Positions 10,608 to 20,596 of a stretch of DNA of 64,000 nucleotides are shown here, piece after piece. Under the pieces are notes generated by a model. The model saw only the letters and a list, made by a program, of their open reading frames with translations, was not told the origin of the DNA and ran no database searches. Source of the DNA: Spirochaetaceae bacterium. Lineage in GTDB: Bacteria; Spirochaetota; Spirochaetia; DSM-2461. The translations under genes were made by a program, and so were the position numbers. Location of the stretch: the NCBI GenBank assembly GCA_051531975.1, contig JAOPTT010000006.1, positions 224,656 through 288,655 on the forward strand, written 5' to 3'. Position 1 is the stretch's first letter; every line of letters starts with the position of its first letter.

Positions 10608-11396
10608 TTATTCTGTGTACTCTACTTCAATAAGATCTTCACCATATTTATTAAATACTTCAGTTATTTTTCCACTTTCTAATAAAATATCAAAGGTTGC
10701 CTGAAACCTACTTATTACTTCATCTGATGTTGAAGAACTAAAGGCATAATATAATTTTGATTCACTTGCGAGATAAATAGGTTCAAAGTTATTTATGTTG
10801 AGTTCTAAATGTTCTATATCAGCAATAAAAGAAGTCCACTCACTTAATAATATCTGTATTCTACCCTTATCAAGAATTTTAACAACATCAGAACCCTTAT
10901 GTGCTCTAACTAGCTTATTTAAGGGAACACCAAGGTTTTGTAGGAAAATCTCACTAGCATCATCGATTACTGAACCTATTTTATATTTATTAAGATCTTT
11001 AGTATTTGATATTGTAATATTTTGATCTTTTCTGGCTATTAAATAATTTTTATACTCTAAAACTGGACCAACCCATTTAAAAAGTTTTTCACGTTCTTTT
11101 GTTCTTGATGTTAAAAAAAGTATTGTATTATCTTTTTTTAATGCATTGTTATACGCCCTCGACCATGGAAGAATTTTTATATCCTCTTTTTTTTGTTCAC
11201 TGTTTAGCTGCTTAAGCATTAATTCCATAATATCTACAGATATTCCGGTTATCTCATTGTTCTCTATATACTGATATGGTTTCCAATTTTCAGTTGTAAT
11301 AGAAAATTTAGGTAACGTTTGACTGTATATTCCTGTTGTTGTAATAATAAATATAAGTGCCCATATTAAGTTTTTTATCGTTTTATATATTATCAA
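10608..11396 (-). CDS. Periplasmic substrate-binding protein, family 3
   Basis: TENWKPYQY, GISVDI, PWSRA, RTKERE.LFKWVGP, LYYAFS. Confidence 0.88.
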   Translation of the reverse strand: MIIYKTIKNLIWALIFIITTTGIYSQTLPKFSITTENWKPYQYIENNEITGISVDIMELMLKQLNSEQKKEDIKILPWSRAYNNALKKDNTILFLTSRTKEREKLFKWVGPVLEYKNYLIARKDQNITISNTKDLNKYKIGSVIDDASEIFLQNLGVPLNKLVRAHKGSDVVKILDKGRIQILLSEWTSFIADIEHLELNINNFEPIYLASESKLYYAFSSSTSDEVISRFQATFDILLESGKITEVFNKYGEDLIEVEYTE

Positions 11397-11554
11397 TATC
11401 TTCTCGCTTTAATGTTTAATATTCTAAGTATAAGTTATCCTAGAAATTAATCAAACTTTTATTGAATCATTTGATTGTGATTATACCTAACATATAATCG
11501 GTGATTTAAATTTTACAGCTTTGAAGTATATTGTTGTAGATATTCTATCTAATA

Positions 11555-12577
11555 TTATTTATGAACTTCGTCATAACTCTCTAACAGGTCTTTGTAATAA
11601 AGTGCTAGATCAGCAGATTTTTTATCAAAATCCTCTAGAATAGTTGTATCTTCTACAGTTGTTTTACTTTTCATTCCTACAAGCTCTAGGTTCAAATGTT
11701 TTAAACTGTTTATAGATGTAATTATTTTTAGTTGTAATAACTCTTTCTGTTCTTCAAGGCGTTTAATTGTAACAATATGATTATCAATTTCTTCAATAAA
11801 ATTATTATATTCAGTAATTAACCTATCTGACTCAGCTTTATCTCTTTTATCAATAATCTTTGATTTTTCATCCTGTAATTCAGATATTGATATTTGTTTT
11901 AAGGACCTTTCAAGATCTTCTTCTTTTTTTGTAAGCAATTTTATAGTCTCAACATAACTATCAATTTTTGGCAGTAAATCTGCAGCAAAGTATTTAAACT
12001 TAACTCTTATCTCATCAATTACTGTTATTATAGAATTTCTTAAGGTTATAGCTTTTTGTAACTGAGTATTAGGAATATCTTCACCTAAGTCAACTTCAAT
12101 ATTTTCATCGTACTCTACATAACTCTTTTTATTAGTATAAGGACCCCAGTGTGAAGCTATACCAACAGCCATTGCGATTATAGGTATAAAACTCCACATA
12201 AAACCTGGAGAAGTTATAATATTTATCATTAGAAGGTAGATTGAAACTGCTACATTAGAAATTATATGCAGATAAAAATCATGCCTTGATTTCTGGAAAT
12301 TAATTAAAGTATTTAACTCATTCTCATTAATTTCTGTTATTACATTAACTTCCTGTAGATTTTTTGAAGCTACTAAAAGTTCGCCCCAATGGGATGCCAT
12401 TCCTATTCCCCATCCTCCTACTACAAATAGAAACCATGGAAAACTGGCTGAAGTCATCATATTCAATAAAAAAAGTCCTAAATTAACTGCTATATATGTA
12501 ACTAAATGAGTACGCAATTCTTGGTTTGTTTTAATTTCCTGTATTTTTGTCTTTTCTTTAAATGTTTTTAAGTCCAT
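11555..12577 (-). CDS. Membrane protein with two tandem 2TM domains and a C-terminal coiled-coil region
   Basis: Two copies of H...Y/N..V...L...N..TS..F.W......GI.SHWG, followed by a charged helical tail. Confidence 0.75.
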   Translation of the reverse strand: MDLKTFKEKTKIQEIKTNQELRTHLVTYIAVNLGLFLLNMMTSASFPWFLFVVGGWGIGMASHWGELLVASKNLQEVNVITEINENELNTLINFQKSRHDFYLHIISNVAVSIYLLMINIITSPGFMWSFIPIIAMAVGIASHWGPYTNKKSYVEYDENIEVDLGEDIPNTQLQKAITLRNSIITVIDEIRVKFKYFAADLLPKIDSYVETIKLLTKKEEDLERSLKQISISELQDEKSKIIDKRDKAESDRLITEYNNFIEEIDNHIVTIKRLEEQKELLQLKIITSINSLKHLNLELVGMKSKTTVEDTTILEDFDKKSADLALYYKDLLESYDEVHK

Positions 12578-12788
12578 ATATCAATCCTCATAGTATTTAG
12601 TTAGTTTGTCAAGATAGATGAATAGGATTAGATTTTTTTGTAGTTTTTGAATTAAATAATCAAACGGTCATATTGTTTGCAATATAATAAAATTAAAAAA
12701 TATACTCATGTTAAGTAACAAAACTGTTATCTTAAAACATATAATTAATATAAAGATATATAATGATTTAAAAAGGATAGGAATTACT

Positions 12789-14225
12789 ATGGCAAGTTCA
12801 ACTTTTGATAACATATTAAAAGAACGCGAAATAATAAATGAAAAAAGAGTAGCTTATATCCGTTTTTTTCTTTCATCACTAAGCATATTCGAATTTTTAG
12901 CACTTTTTAAGATAATATCATTTGTTCAAGTACCAACAAAGTCTGCCATTATAATCTCAACAGTTCTGTTTGTTTATGCTACAACTGTACTTATAATATT
13001 ATTAAAAAAAATGCATTCAAAATATCTGAAGTTTATTGTGATATTTTTTGATTATTTATATGTATTGTCAAATTTTTTGTTTGATCCAACAATTACTGGT
13101 GAACCTAAAACTATTGCCTGGTATGCGCTAGTAGGAACAATAGTATTTTATCTGATCAATTTATTAAGATACTCGAAGGCAAGCACAATTTATGCTGGTA
13201 TTCTCTCAGTAATAATCTTTTTAAGTGTAAGTATATATTTTAATGCAGCAACTGATGAAATTATCTCTCTGCTTTTTGCTCAAATAGTACTGTTATTAAT
13301 TGGATATTCAATAACCTCATCAAATAAAAAAATGATGATAGAAGCAAACACAAAAAAAATGATGGAACGATATCTTCCTCCTCAGTTGATTGGGGAGTTA
13401 TATAAAGAAAATGTTAGTCTAGAACCTGGAGGTAAAAACCAACATGTAAGTATATTGTTTTCCGATATAAGATCCTTCACTTCTATTTCAGAGTCTATGA
13501 GTGCTGCTGAAGTTGTTAGTTTTCTTAATGAGTACCTATCAGCCATGACCGATATTATTTTTTCTTTTAAGGGAACTATAGATAAATTTATGGGGGATGC
13601 CATCATGACAATATTTGGTGCACCTATTCAGGGATCAGACGATGCTTTAAGAGCAGTTAAAACTGCTATTGCTATGAAAAAGGCTTTAAAAGAGTTTAAT
13701 AGTAGGTATCAAAATTTAAAGGAACCCTTAGAAATAGGTATCGGAATTAATTCTGGAAATGTTATTTCAGGTAATATAGGTTCAGAAAAAAGGTTTGATT
13801 ATACAGTTATTGGGGATAATGTAAATTTATCATCAAGGATAGAGGGGTTAACATTATATTATGGCTGCCCAATACTTATTTCAGGTAGCACTTATATTGA
13901 AATATCAAAAGAGGATATAGACAGCTTTTTTGTCTGTAGAGAAGTTGATAATGTTAGAGTTAAAGGTAGAACAACTTTAGTAAAAATATATGAGATAATG
14001 ACTTTTGAAAACACTATAGAAAAGCAACTATTAGAAGATAAAAAAAATAGTTTTGAAAGAGCATTAGAACTTTATCGAAATAGTAATTTTATTGCTGCTA
14101 TAGAAGAGTTTAAAAACTTAAACAGTGATAAATTATCTTTGTTATACATTAGACGTTGTAAAGAGTTTATATTAAATCCACCAGATAAATCCTGGGATGG
14201 TACATACACAATGGAAACAAAATAA
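12789..14225 (+). CDS. Membrane-bound class III adenylate/guanylate cyclase with TPR-like tail
   Basis: LFSDIRSFT, DKFMGDA, GIGINSG, DYTVIGDNVNLSSRIE, VKGR. Start placed at ATG 12789 after a GGA-rich RBS. Confidence 0.92.
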   Translation: MASSTFDNILKEREIINEKRVAYIRFFLSSLSIFEFLALFKIISFVQVPTKSAIIISTVLFVYATTVLIILLKKMHSKYLKFIVIFFDYLYVLSNFLFDPTITGEPKTIAWYALVGTIVFYLINLLRYSKASTIYAGILSVIIFLSVSIYFNAATDEIISLLFAQIVLLLIGYSITSSNKKMMIEANTKKMMERYLPPQLIGELYKENVSLEPGGKNQHVSILFSDIRSFTSISESMSAAEVVSFLNEYLSAMTDIIFSFKGTIDKFMGDAIMTIFGAPIQGSDDALRAVKTAIAMKKALKEFNSRYQNLKEPLEIGIGINSGNVISGNIGSEKRFDYTVIGDNVNLSSRIEGLTLYYGCPILISGSTYIEISKEDIDSFFVCREVDNVRVKGRTTLVKIYEIMTFENTIEKQLLEDKKNSFERALELYRNSNFIAAIEEFKNLNSDKLSLLYIRRCKEFILNPPDKSWDGTYTMETK

Positions 14226-14262
14226 ACACTGGCATTCTGACTATATAAATATTTTAGTGTGC

Positions 14263-15000
14263 TTATGGCTCAGCAGTAGAAAATTGATAAAGAGTTCTAT
14301 ATATCTTTGTATCTTTTGTTTGTAATAATTCCATAATAGTTGTATTTGGGTTTTGCTGTAAATAATCATCAATTAACTTAAATCCCAAAGAATAACCTAT
14401 CCAAGGTAGACTTCCAAAAAACCACTCATCATAATCAAACTTTGTCTTCCAATATTCTTTTTCAGCTAATTCCATATAATATTCCAATTGGGTATCAGTT
14501 AGATTTTTACTCCAAGCTTGAGGTTTGTTTCCTGACATCATTATTTCAAAATGATCAGCCAATCCCTCTGCAACAATGTATGAAAATAAAAATTGTCCTA
14601 TTTCCGCACTTCTATGACGAATGATGTGGCCAATTTCATGTAATAAAATTCGTTTTAAACTGGTGTTGATTAAATGGTCAATATCAGAGAAATCTATATT
14701 CATAACAATTTGTATAGTATTTTTATCTACAAAGCGCCCGCCAATTCCCAAATGAGGTATAATGAGAGGATCACTCTTTCTATGGCTAACTATAACATCA
14801 AGATTATTTATTGAGTAAAGGGACTGACATTGTGCAATCGTTTCATTTATTTTTTGTTCTATTATTGGTTGATATTTAATAAATTCTTCATTCACTACTG
14901 CTTTTAAAAAATATATATTAATATTATCTGATTCTGTGTGGGAACTTTTTGTGCAAGAAGATAATACAATGAGAATAAAAATTAGATGATACCATTTCAT
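14263..15000 (-). CDS. DUF2268-type Zn-dependent protease, lipoprotein
   Basis: LHEIGH (HExxH), EGLADHF, WIGYSLG; lipobox LSSC after ATG 15000 with GAGG RBS. Confidence 0.82.
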   Translation of the reverse strand: MKWYHLIFILIVLSSCTKSSHTESDNINIYFLKAVVNEEFIKYQPIIEQKINETIAQCQSLYSINNLDVIVSHRKSDPLIIPHLGIGGRFVDKNTIQIVMNIDFSDIDHLINTSLKRILLHEIGHIIRHRSAEIGQFLFSYIVAEGLADHFEIMMSGNKPQAWSKNLTDTQLEYYMELAEKEYWKTKFDYDEWFFGSLPWIGYSLGFKLIDDYLQQNPNTTIMELLQTKDTKIYRTLYQFSTAEP

Positions 15001-15678
15001 TTTATTGACCTCTAATGTAAGGATTTTTTTCAAACTTTATTATATAATTTTAATAGTGTTGATATGGATGTCAATGTTTAAAGATTTTTCCGTTCTGATT
15101 CTAACTTAATTTTCTGTTTAAACAATCTAAAACCTTCACCTGATATTGTATATATGAGACTCATTAGCATTAAATAAATTATCATCATAAAAGTAAACTA
15201 TCCATAGAAAGAGACTGTTGTAAAAAAATGGGGTAGGGTTCATTTCCTGAAAATGGCTCCCCGGAGTACCTCAAAGTCACCTAATATGTAGTTTTATTTA
15301 GAATTACCACCTAGATCGTTAATAAATTTGATGGTGGGTATCGATTTCCAGATCGACCTTAAACTTACTATTCCAAAAAAAACATACACCCAATATTAGA
15401 CGCCAATATTCCCTTACTATTAAAGCGGGAGGGAAAGTAAAACAATCGCTGTTATCGTTATCATTAGTATTTAAAATTTGAATACGCTTATTTCAAATAT
15501 GAAAGAGTAACTTTGTGCAAAAATGCATTATGTTTCAATATAGAATAAGAACTAAGACCGCCTTTGTATTATATAACAATAAATGTTCTAAAGAATGATG
15601 ATTCTAAATATCAAACTAGTTCATTATCTGTTGTATCTAATAACCGAGGGGTAATCATTTTTTGAAAAATTAATGAAA

Positions 15679-15707
15679 TAGACTATCCAAATATATTCAT
15701 GTATAAT
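15679..15707 (+). promoter_or_regulatory. Sigma70 promoter, probably leaderless transcript
   Basis: TAGACT-17nt-TATAAT, 7 nt before ATG 15715; no SD. Confidence 0.65.
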
Positions 15708-15714
15708 TTCCTCT

Positions 15715-17286
15715 ATGAATAGAATCATAATGATATTAACTATCCTCTTATTTGCAACTTCTATATTCTCAGAGAATAAATATGCCTTAGTCATTGGTAA
15801 TAGTAATTATGATGATTTAGGATCTTTAAAAAATCCCACTAATGATGCTACAGATATGGCTGAAGCACTCAAAAAGATTGGGTTTATTGTTAACCTAATT
15901 AAGGATGCAGATCTACAAAAAATGGAAGAAAGTGTTGCAGATTTTAAAAGAGACCTAGCAAAAAACAAGGATAATATTGGACTCTTTTATTATGCTGGAC
16001 ACGGGATACAGTCAAAGGGTGAAAACTTTTTAATACCAAGTAGAGCTAGAATAGATAGTGAGAATTATCTTAAGTACAAAAGTTTCTCAGTTAATATATT
16101 AATGGATGAGCTTAAATATGCAGGTAATTCACTAAATATGGTAATTTTAGATGCATGTAGAGATAACCCATTTGGCTGGAATAGAAGTGGATCAAGAGGT
16201 TTAACAGTTGTTGGATCTAGACCTACTGGTAGTATAGTTGTTTATGCCACATCAGAAGGTGAGAAAGCATCGGATGGAAATGGTCGTAATGGTCTTTTTA
16301 CAGGTGAATTATTAAAGAATATAACCAAACCAAATATAGATATTAGTGAAGTATTTAGATTAACAGGTGCAGCAGTACAAGATGAAAGTAATGGTGAACA
16401 AATACCAGCAATATATAATAAATATTTTGGTAAGAAAACATTGGTAAAACAAGCAAACTATAAAGCACCAACAAATAACAATATAACTTTCGTAGAACAA
16501 TATGGTTCTTTACAAATTAATGTAGTAGATGCTGGAGACTTATACTTAAATGGAAGTAAGCTAAAATCCTTTAAAAAGGGTGAATCAAGTAAAATACCTA
16601 AACTAAAAACTGGTAGTTACAATCTAGAGTATAGAAGTAGCGGAAATACTGAGAAAAGAAGTATAACTATTACAGATAGCAATGTTTCTAGGGTTAAATT
16701 TCTAGGTGAAGCAATAGCAAAAAAAACTAAATCTTCTGATAAAAAATCAACACCAATTATACAAAAGGGAAAAGAGAATGGTAACTCACATGAAACTACT
16801 TTTCAATCAACATCAAGTAAGGTCAGAAGGGTTGCTTATTTTCCTATATGCCAGTTCATGCCTTTACCATCAGTAATTACAATTAAAATCTATAATATGA
16901 TAGAGGGAGATATTAATGGAATCGGTGAAAAAGATTATAATAGAGATTTTTTTGATAAATATTATATAAAGCAGGGTTCAAATTATATATTAAACAGCAT
17001 CGTTTCTTATCAGAATAGACCTGAATTATGGGGTATCTTGGATAATGCAGGTTATGATGTCGTTAATGCGGCATACAAATTTAATAAAGACCTAAAAACT
17101 ACAATAATTTCTTTTGAGTTAAATATTAATTCTAACGTAATAAATGCAATAAAAAGTGCTGAAATAGTCTCATCTTGTGGAGACAAAAAATTAGATGAAG
17201 CTATACTATATGGATTTAGACAGTCAATATATTCGAATCGTTCTGAAGAAGTAGTAAAAGGGGTGTTTAAATATTATTTTAAATAG
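15715..17286 (+). CDS. Secreted caspase-like (peptidase C14) protein with PEGA-like and TonB-C-like domains
   Basis: Signal peptide; ALVIGNSNY, L.NP.NDA, YYAGHG, ILDACRDN; C-terminus AEIVSSCGDKKLDEAIL...F is TonB_C-like. Confidence 0.88.
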   Translation: MNRIIMILTILLFATSIFSENKYALVIGNSNYDDLGSLKNPTNDATDMAEALKKIGFIVNLIKDADLQKMEESVADFKRDLAKNKDNIGLFYYAGHGIQSKGENFLIPSRARIDSENYLKYKSFSVNILMDELKYAGNSLNMVILDACRDNPFGWNRSGSRGLTVVGSRPTGSIVVYATSEGEKASDGNGRNGLFTGELLKNITKPNIDISEVFRLTGAAVQDESNGEQIPAIYNKYFGKKTLVKQANYKAPTNNNITFVEQYGSLQINVVDAGDLYLNGSKLKSFKKGESSKIPKLKTGSYNLEYRSSGNTEKRSITITDSNVSRVKFLGEAIAKKTKSSDKKSTPIIQKGKENGNSHETTFQSTSSKVRRVAYFPICQFMPLPSVITIKIYNMIEGDINGIGEKDYNRDFFDKYYIKQGSNYILNSIVSYQNRPELWGILDNAGYDVVNAAYKFNKDLKTTIISFELNINSNVINAIKSAEIVSSCGDKKLDEAILYGFRQSIYSNRSEEVVKGVFKYYFK

Positions 17287-17438
17287 ACTGATATCTTATT
17301 TATTTGTAAGAAGAACTTATTAATTAACATATCTGTACCTCATATAATTCAGTAGCTGGCAAGCTTAGAATTCACATTTTATATTGAACAATAATTAATA
17401 GTTGTACCTTCTATTTAAACTCATATATAATTTCCCCT

Positions 17439-19181
17439 ATGAAAAGAATTATTTTTATATTATCAATCCTCATATTTACAACTTCCTTATTAATCTCAGA
17501 GAATAAATATGCATTAGTCATTGGTAACTCATCATATAGCTCCGCACCATTAAAAAATCCAGTTAATGATGCCAACGATCTATCGACTACATTAAAATCT
17601 GTAGGATTTAATGTTACAAAAGTTACCAACGGATCAAAAAGAGATATTAAAGAAGCAGTTAAATCATTCAAATCAAAAATATCATCAGGTGATACAGCAC
17701 TTTTTTACTATTCGGGGCATGGAATACAGGTTGATGGGAAAAACTACATAATCCCTGTAGGTTCAGACCTTGTAGAAGAGTCAGATGTTGAATACGAAGC
17801 CGTGGAAATGGACTATATTCTTTCGACCTTAGAGGACTCAAGTAGTGGAAAAAATATAATAATATTTGATGCATGTAGAAATAATGCATTACAAAGATCA
17901 TCAAAATCTGCAACAAAGGGTCTAGTTATGACTAAAAGAGAAGTCTCTGAATCTATTATTATATATGCAACTGCCCCAGGTAAAGTTGCATATGATGGTA
18001 ATGGTAGAAATTCCCCTTTTGTTAAAAGCTTAATGAATAATATTAAATTTTCAAATGTAGGAATAGCATCTCTAATGATGAAAGTAATTAAAGATGTTAA
18101 AAATGAGACAGAAGGTAAACAGACTCCATGGGTATTATCTAGTTTAACTGAAGACTTTTATTTTACTAAAAATGCAAACTATAAAGAACCATCTAATAAT
18201 ATTATAACTTTAGAAGAGCTCTATGGCTCTCTGCAGATTACTGTAGATAACCCTGGAGATTTATATCTTGATGATAACAAAATAGGTTATTTTAAGCATG
18301 GTGAATCAAAAAAAATACCAAAACTTTCAACAGGTAAATATAGGCTTGAATTTAAAAGTAATGGTAAATCTGAATATAAAACAATCATGATAGATGAGAA
18401 CAGTATAGCGGAAGTAATTTTTTTTGGAGAAGCAATAGAAAAATTAAAAGAAAATAAACCGAGTAGTTCTGAAATAGAGATGGTTCTAGTTAAATCAGGT
18501 AGCTTTAACATGGGGTCAAATATTGGAGAAATTAAAGAAAGACCAGTTCACAAAGTAACAATAAGTAAAGATTTTTATATAGGTAAGTTTGAAGTTACAC
18601 AAAAACAGTGGGAAACTGTAATGGGTAGTAATCCATCTAGATTTCAAAGGGATGAATTACCTGTAAATCGAGTTTTGAGATTGGCGGTTATACAATTTTG
18701 TAACATTCTAAGTGAGAAAGAAGGATTTATACCAGCATATAAAATAAATGGAAATATAGTTACAATAAATAATTATTCCAATGGGTATCGACTACCTACA
18801 GAAGCTCAATGGGAATTTGCTGCTCGTGGTGGAAATAAAAGTAAGGGTTATAAGTATTCTGGTAGCAATATAGTTAGTGATGTTGCTTGGTATAAAGATA
18901 ACTCAACAAGAAGCCATAATGTAGGAACAAAAAAATCAAATGAGCTTGGAATATTTGATATGACAGGAAATGTTAAGGAGATTTGTTATGATTCTTATTA
19001 TGTTTATAGTCCTGATAGTCAAACAGATCCAATAGGTATCAGTAAATATACAAATTCAATAATACGTGGTGGGGGACACACGAATGATTTAAGATTTTTA
19101 ACCTCTACTTACAGGGGTATTATACCTTCATCTTCAAGTAATTTCGATATAGGTTTTCGACTAGTTCTTCCTGTTCAATAA
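17439..19181 (+). CDS. Secreted caspase-like (C14) protein with PEGA-like and FGE-sulfatase (SUMF1) domains
   Basis: YYSGHG, FDACRNN; F.MGS, E.P.H.V, FEVTQ, YRLPTEAQWEFAARGG, NELGIFDMTGNV, RGG, IGFRLV. Confidence 0.92.
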   Translation: MKRIIFILSILIFTTSLLISENKYALVIGNSSYSSAPLKNPVNDANDLSTTLKSVGFNVTKVTNGSKRDIKEAVKSFKSKISSGDTALFYYSGHGIQVDGKNYIIPVGSDLVEESDVEYEAVEMDYILSTLEDSSSGKNIIIFDACRNNALQRSSKSATKGLVMTKREVSESIIIYATAPGKVAYDGNGRNSPFVKSLMNNIKFSNVGIASLMMKVIKDVKNETEGKQTPWVLSSLTEDFYFTKNANYKEPSNNIITLEELYGSLQITVDNPGDLYLDDNKIGYFKHGESKKIPKLSTGKYRLEFKSNGKSEYKTIMIDENSIAEVIFFGEAIEKLKENKPSSSEIEMVLVKSGSFNMGSNIGEIKERPVHKVTISKDFYIGKFEVTQKQWETVMGSNPSRFQRDELPVNRVLRLAVIQFCNILSEKEGFIPAYKINGNIVTINNYSNGYRLPTEAQWEFAARGGNKSKGYKYSGSNIVSDVAWYKDNSTRSHNVGTKKSNELGIFDMTGNVKEICYDSYYVYSPDSQTDPIGISKYTNSIIRGGGHTNDLRFLTSTYRGIIPSSSSNFDIGFRLVLPVQ

Positions 19182-19288
19182 GTGGTGCAAAGATCTGAGT
19201 TGTCAAAGTACTTTTCATCTATTTATATAAACAAATTTATCAGTATCTGAATCAGATCCATTATCACGTAAATCTTCTTCTATAAGCT

Positions 19289-19324
19289 CTCCCTTTCATT
19301 TTAAAATAGAGTGCTGAAAGGGAG
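19289..19324. terminator. Hairpin between convergent genes
   Basis: CTCCCTTTCA...TGAAAGGGAG inverted repeat. Confidence 0.55.
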
Positions 19325-19330
19325 TACTTA

Positions 19331-20596
19331 TTAAAAACTACCGTAACCTAAACTAAAACTTAGTTTTATTTCAAATGGTGGGCTAGATGAATCTACACCA
19401 GTAAAATTATAATAGGATAGATCATTCCCATATCGAAATGTTGCACCTAGAGTTATAGAAGCATATTCTATCGGTTCCCACTCTATTTCTGGCATTATCA
19501 TACCAGACTGATCACTTAAATCTCCTAAATAAAGCAATGACAGAGTTATTGTACCTGAATTATTAGTATCAGGTTGCAGCAAAAATCCTTTTTCTATAGT
19601 GACTCCTGCATAATGGTGTCCAATTGTATCCCAGTCATCGGCAGATTGACTCTCTGCATCATACCAATATTGTGCAATTGATAAAAATCTTTTATCTGAA
19701 TTATAATAAAAGATTCCTGCTGTAGTAGATTGCATTAATTGATCTTCTTTTGTAACAATAACAGGTGTAGGGTCTATCTGTGAGTAAAAATCTAGATCTG
19801 AACCATATTGTATTAAACTTTCAGCAAAAAAATCTAATTTCCCTAAAGGTCCTGTAACAAATAAAGATCCTTTTGGAGTTAATGATTGGTTCAATATTCC
19901 CCCTATACCTAGTTCCCAGTTTCCTAATAGGAATTCAATTTTAGGTGCATATGTAATATCTTCTGGTTCTTCAATCTCGTTAGCCACGGTATATAGATAA
20001 AGAGTACTAGTACCAAGTGGAATTTGGGTCTTTAAAGCTAAAGGGCCTTCAATATCGCCATTAAAGTTTGTAGGATCTACTGGTGATATATTTAGCTTAT
20101 CGGTAGCTGTGTAGAGATAACCAACACCCCAATTAATAGTCTGTTTACCAACTCTAAAATAAGCCTTGTTATCCCAGTTAAAATCAGTAAATAGTTCATG
20201 AATAGTTACTGATTCTCCATCGGATAAGTCAAATGGATAAAATGCTTTGGCTTTAGCAAATACCCTGAAATTTGAGTTAGGACGGGCATCAAAAAATAGA
20301 TCTAGTCCAAACTGAGGATCCCATGTTGTATCATCTGCCAGGCCATCAAGTTCATTCCAAATAAAACTGGTACCAAGATCTGAGTATATTTTCCCACCCC
20401 ATAGGAATTCATTTTCTTCTACTTCAAGGCTATCAAGTGGAGATTTTGTCTCCAGGATTTCTACAACAGCGTCTTCTTCTGTTAAACCAAAAAGACTGTC
20501 CTCATCGAAGTTAAGAAAAAGGTCATCTGTATTATCTTCCTGAGCTCCCAAAAACAGTGATAGAGAGAATATTATACAAAATAATTTTAACCTCAT
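19331..20596 (-). CDS. Putative outer-membrane beta-barrel protein
   Basis: Signal peptide, alternating beta-strand pattern, RVGKQTINWG.G motif, C-terminal Phe. Confidence 0.7.
   Translation of the reverse strand: MRLKLFCIIFSLSLFLGAQEDNTDDLFLNFDEDSLFGLTEEDAVVEILETKSPLDSLEVEENEFLWGGKIYSDLGTSFIWNELDGLADDTTWDPQFGLDLFFDARPNSNFRVFAKAKAFYPFDLSDGESVTIHELFTDFNWDNKAYFRVGKQTINWGVGYLYTATDKLNISPVDPTNFNGDIEGPLALKTQIPLGTSTLYLYTVANEIEEPEDITYAPKIEFLLGNWELGIGGILNQSLTPKGSLFVTGPLGKLDFFAESLIQYGSDLDFYSQIDPTPVIVTKEDQLMQSTTAGIFYYNSDKRFLSIAQYWYDAESQSADDWDTIGHHYAGVTIEKGFLLQPDTNNSGTITLSLLYLGDLSDQSGMIMPEIEWEPIEYASITLGATFRYGNDLSYYNFTGVDSSSPPFEIKLSFSLGYGSF

Noticed and set aside
15240..15330. Intact tRNA gene
   Set aside because: Only an 11-nt 3'-end-like match; no T-loop (GTTCGA) or cloverleaf.
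15715..19181. Known caspase-based anti-phage systems (gasdermin, CBASS, CRISPR type III-associated)
   Set aside because: No gasdermin, cyclase, NLR or cas neighbours, and the proteases carry export signals.
17439..19330. Complete diversity-generating retroelement
   Set aside because: No reverse transcriptase, Avd or template repeat found in the window.
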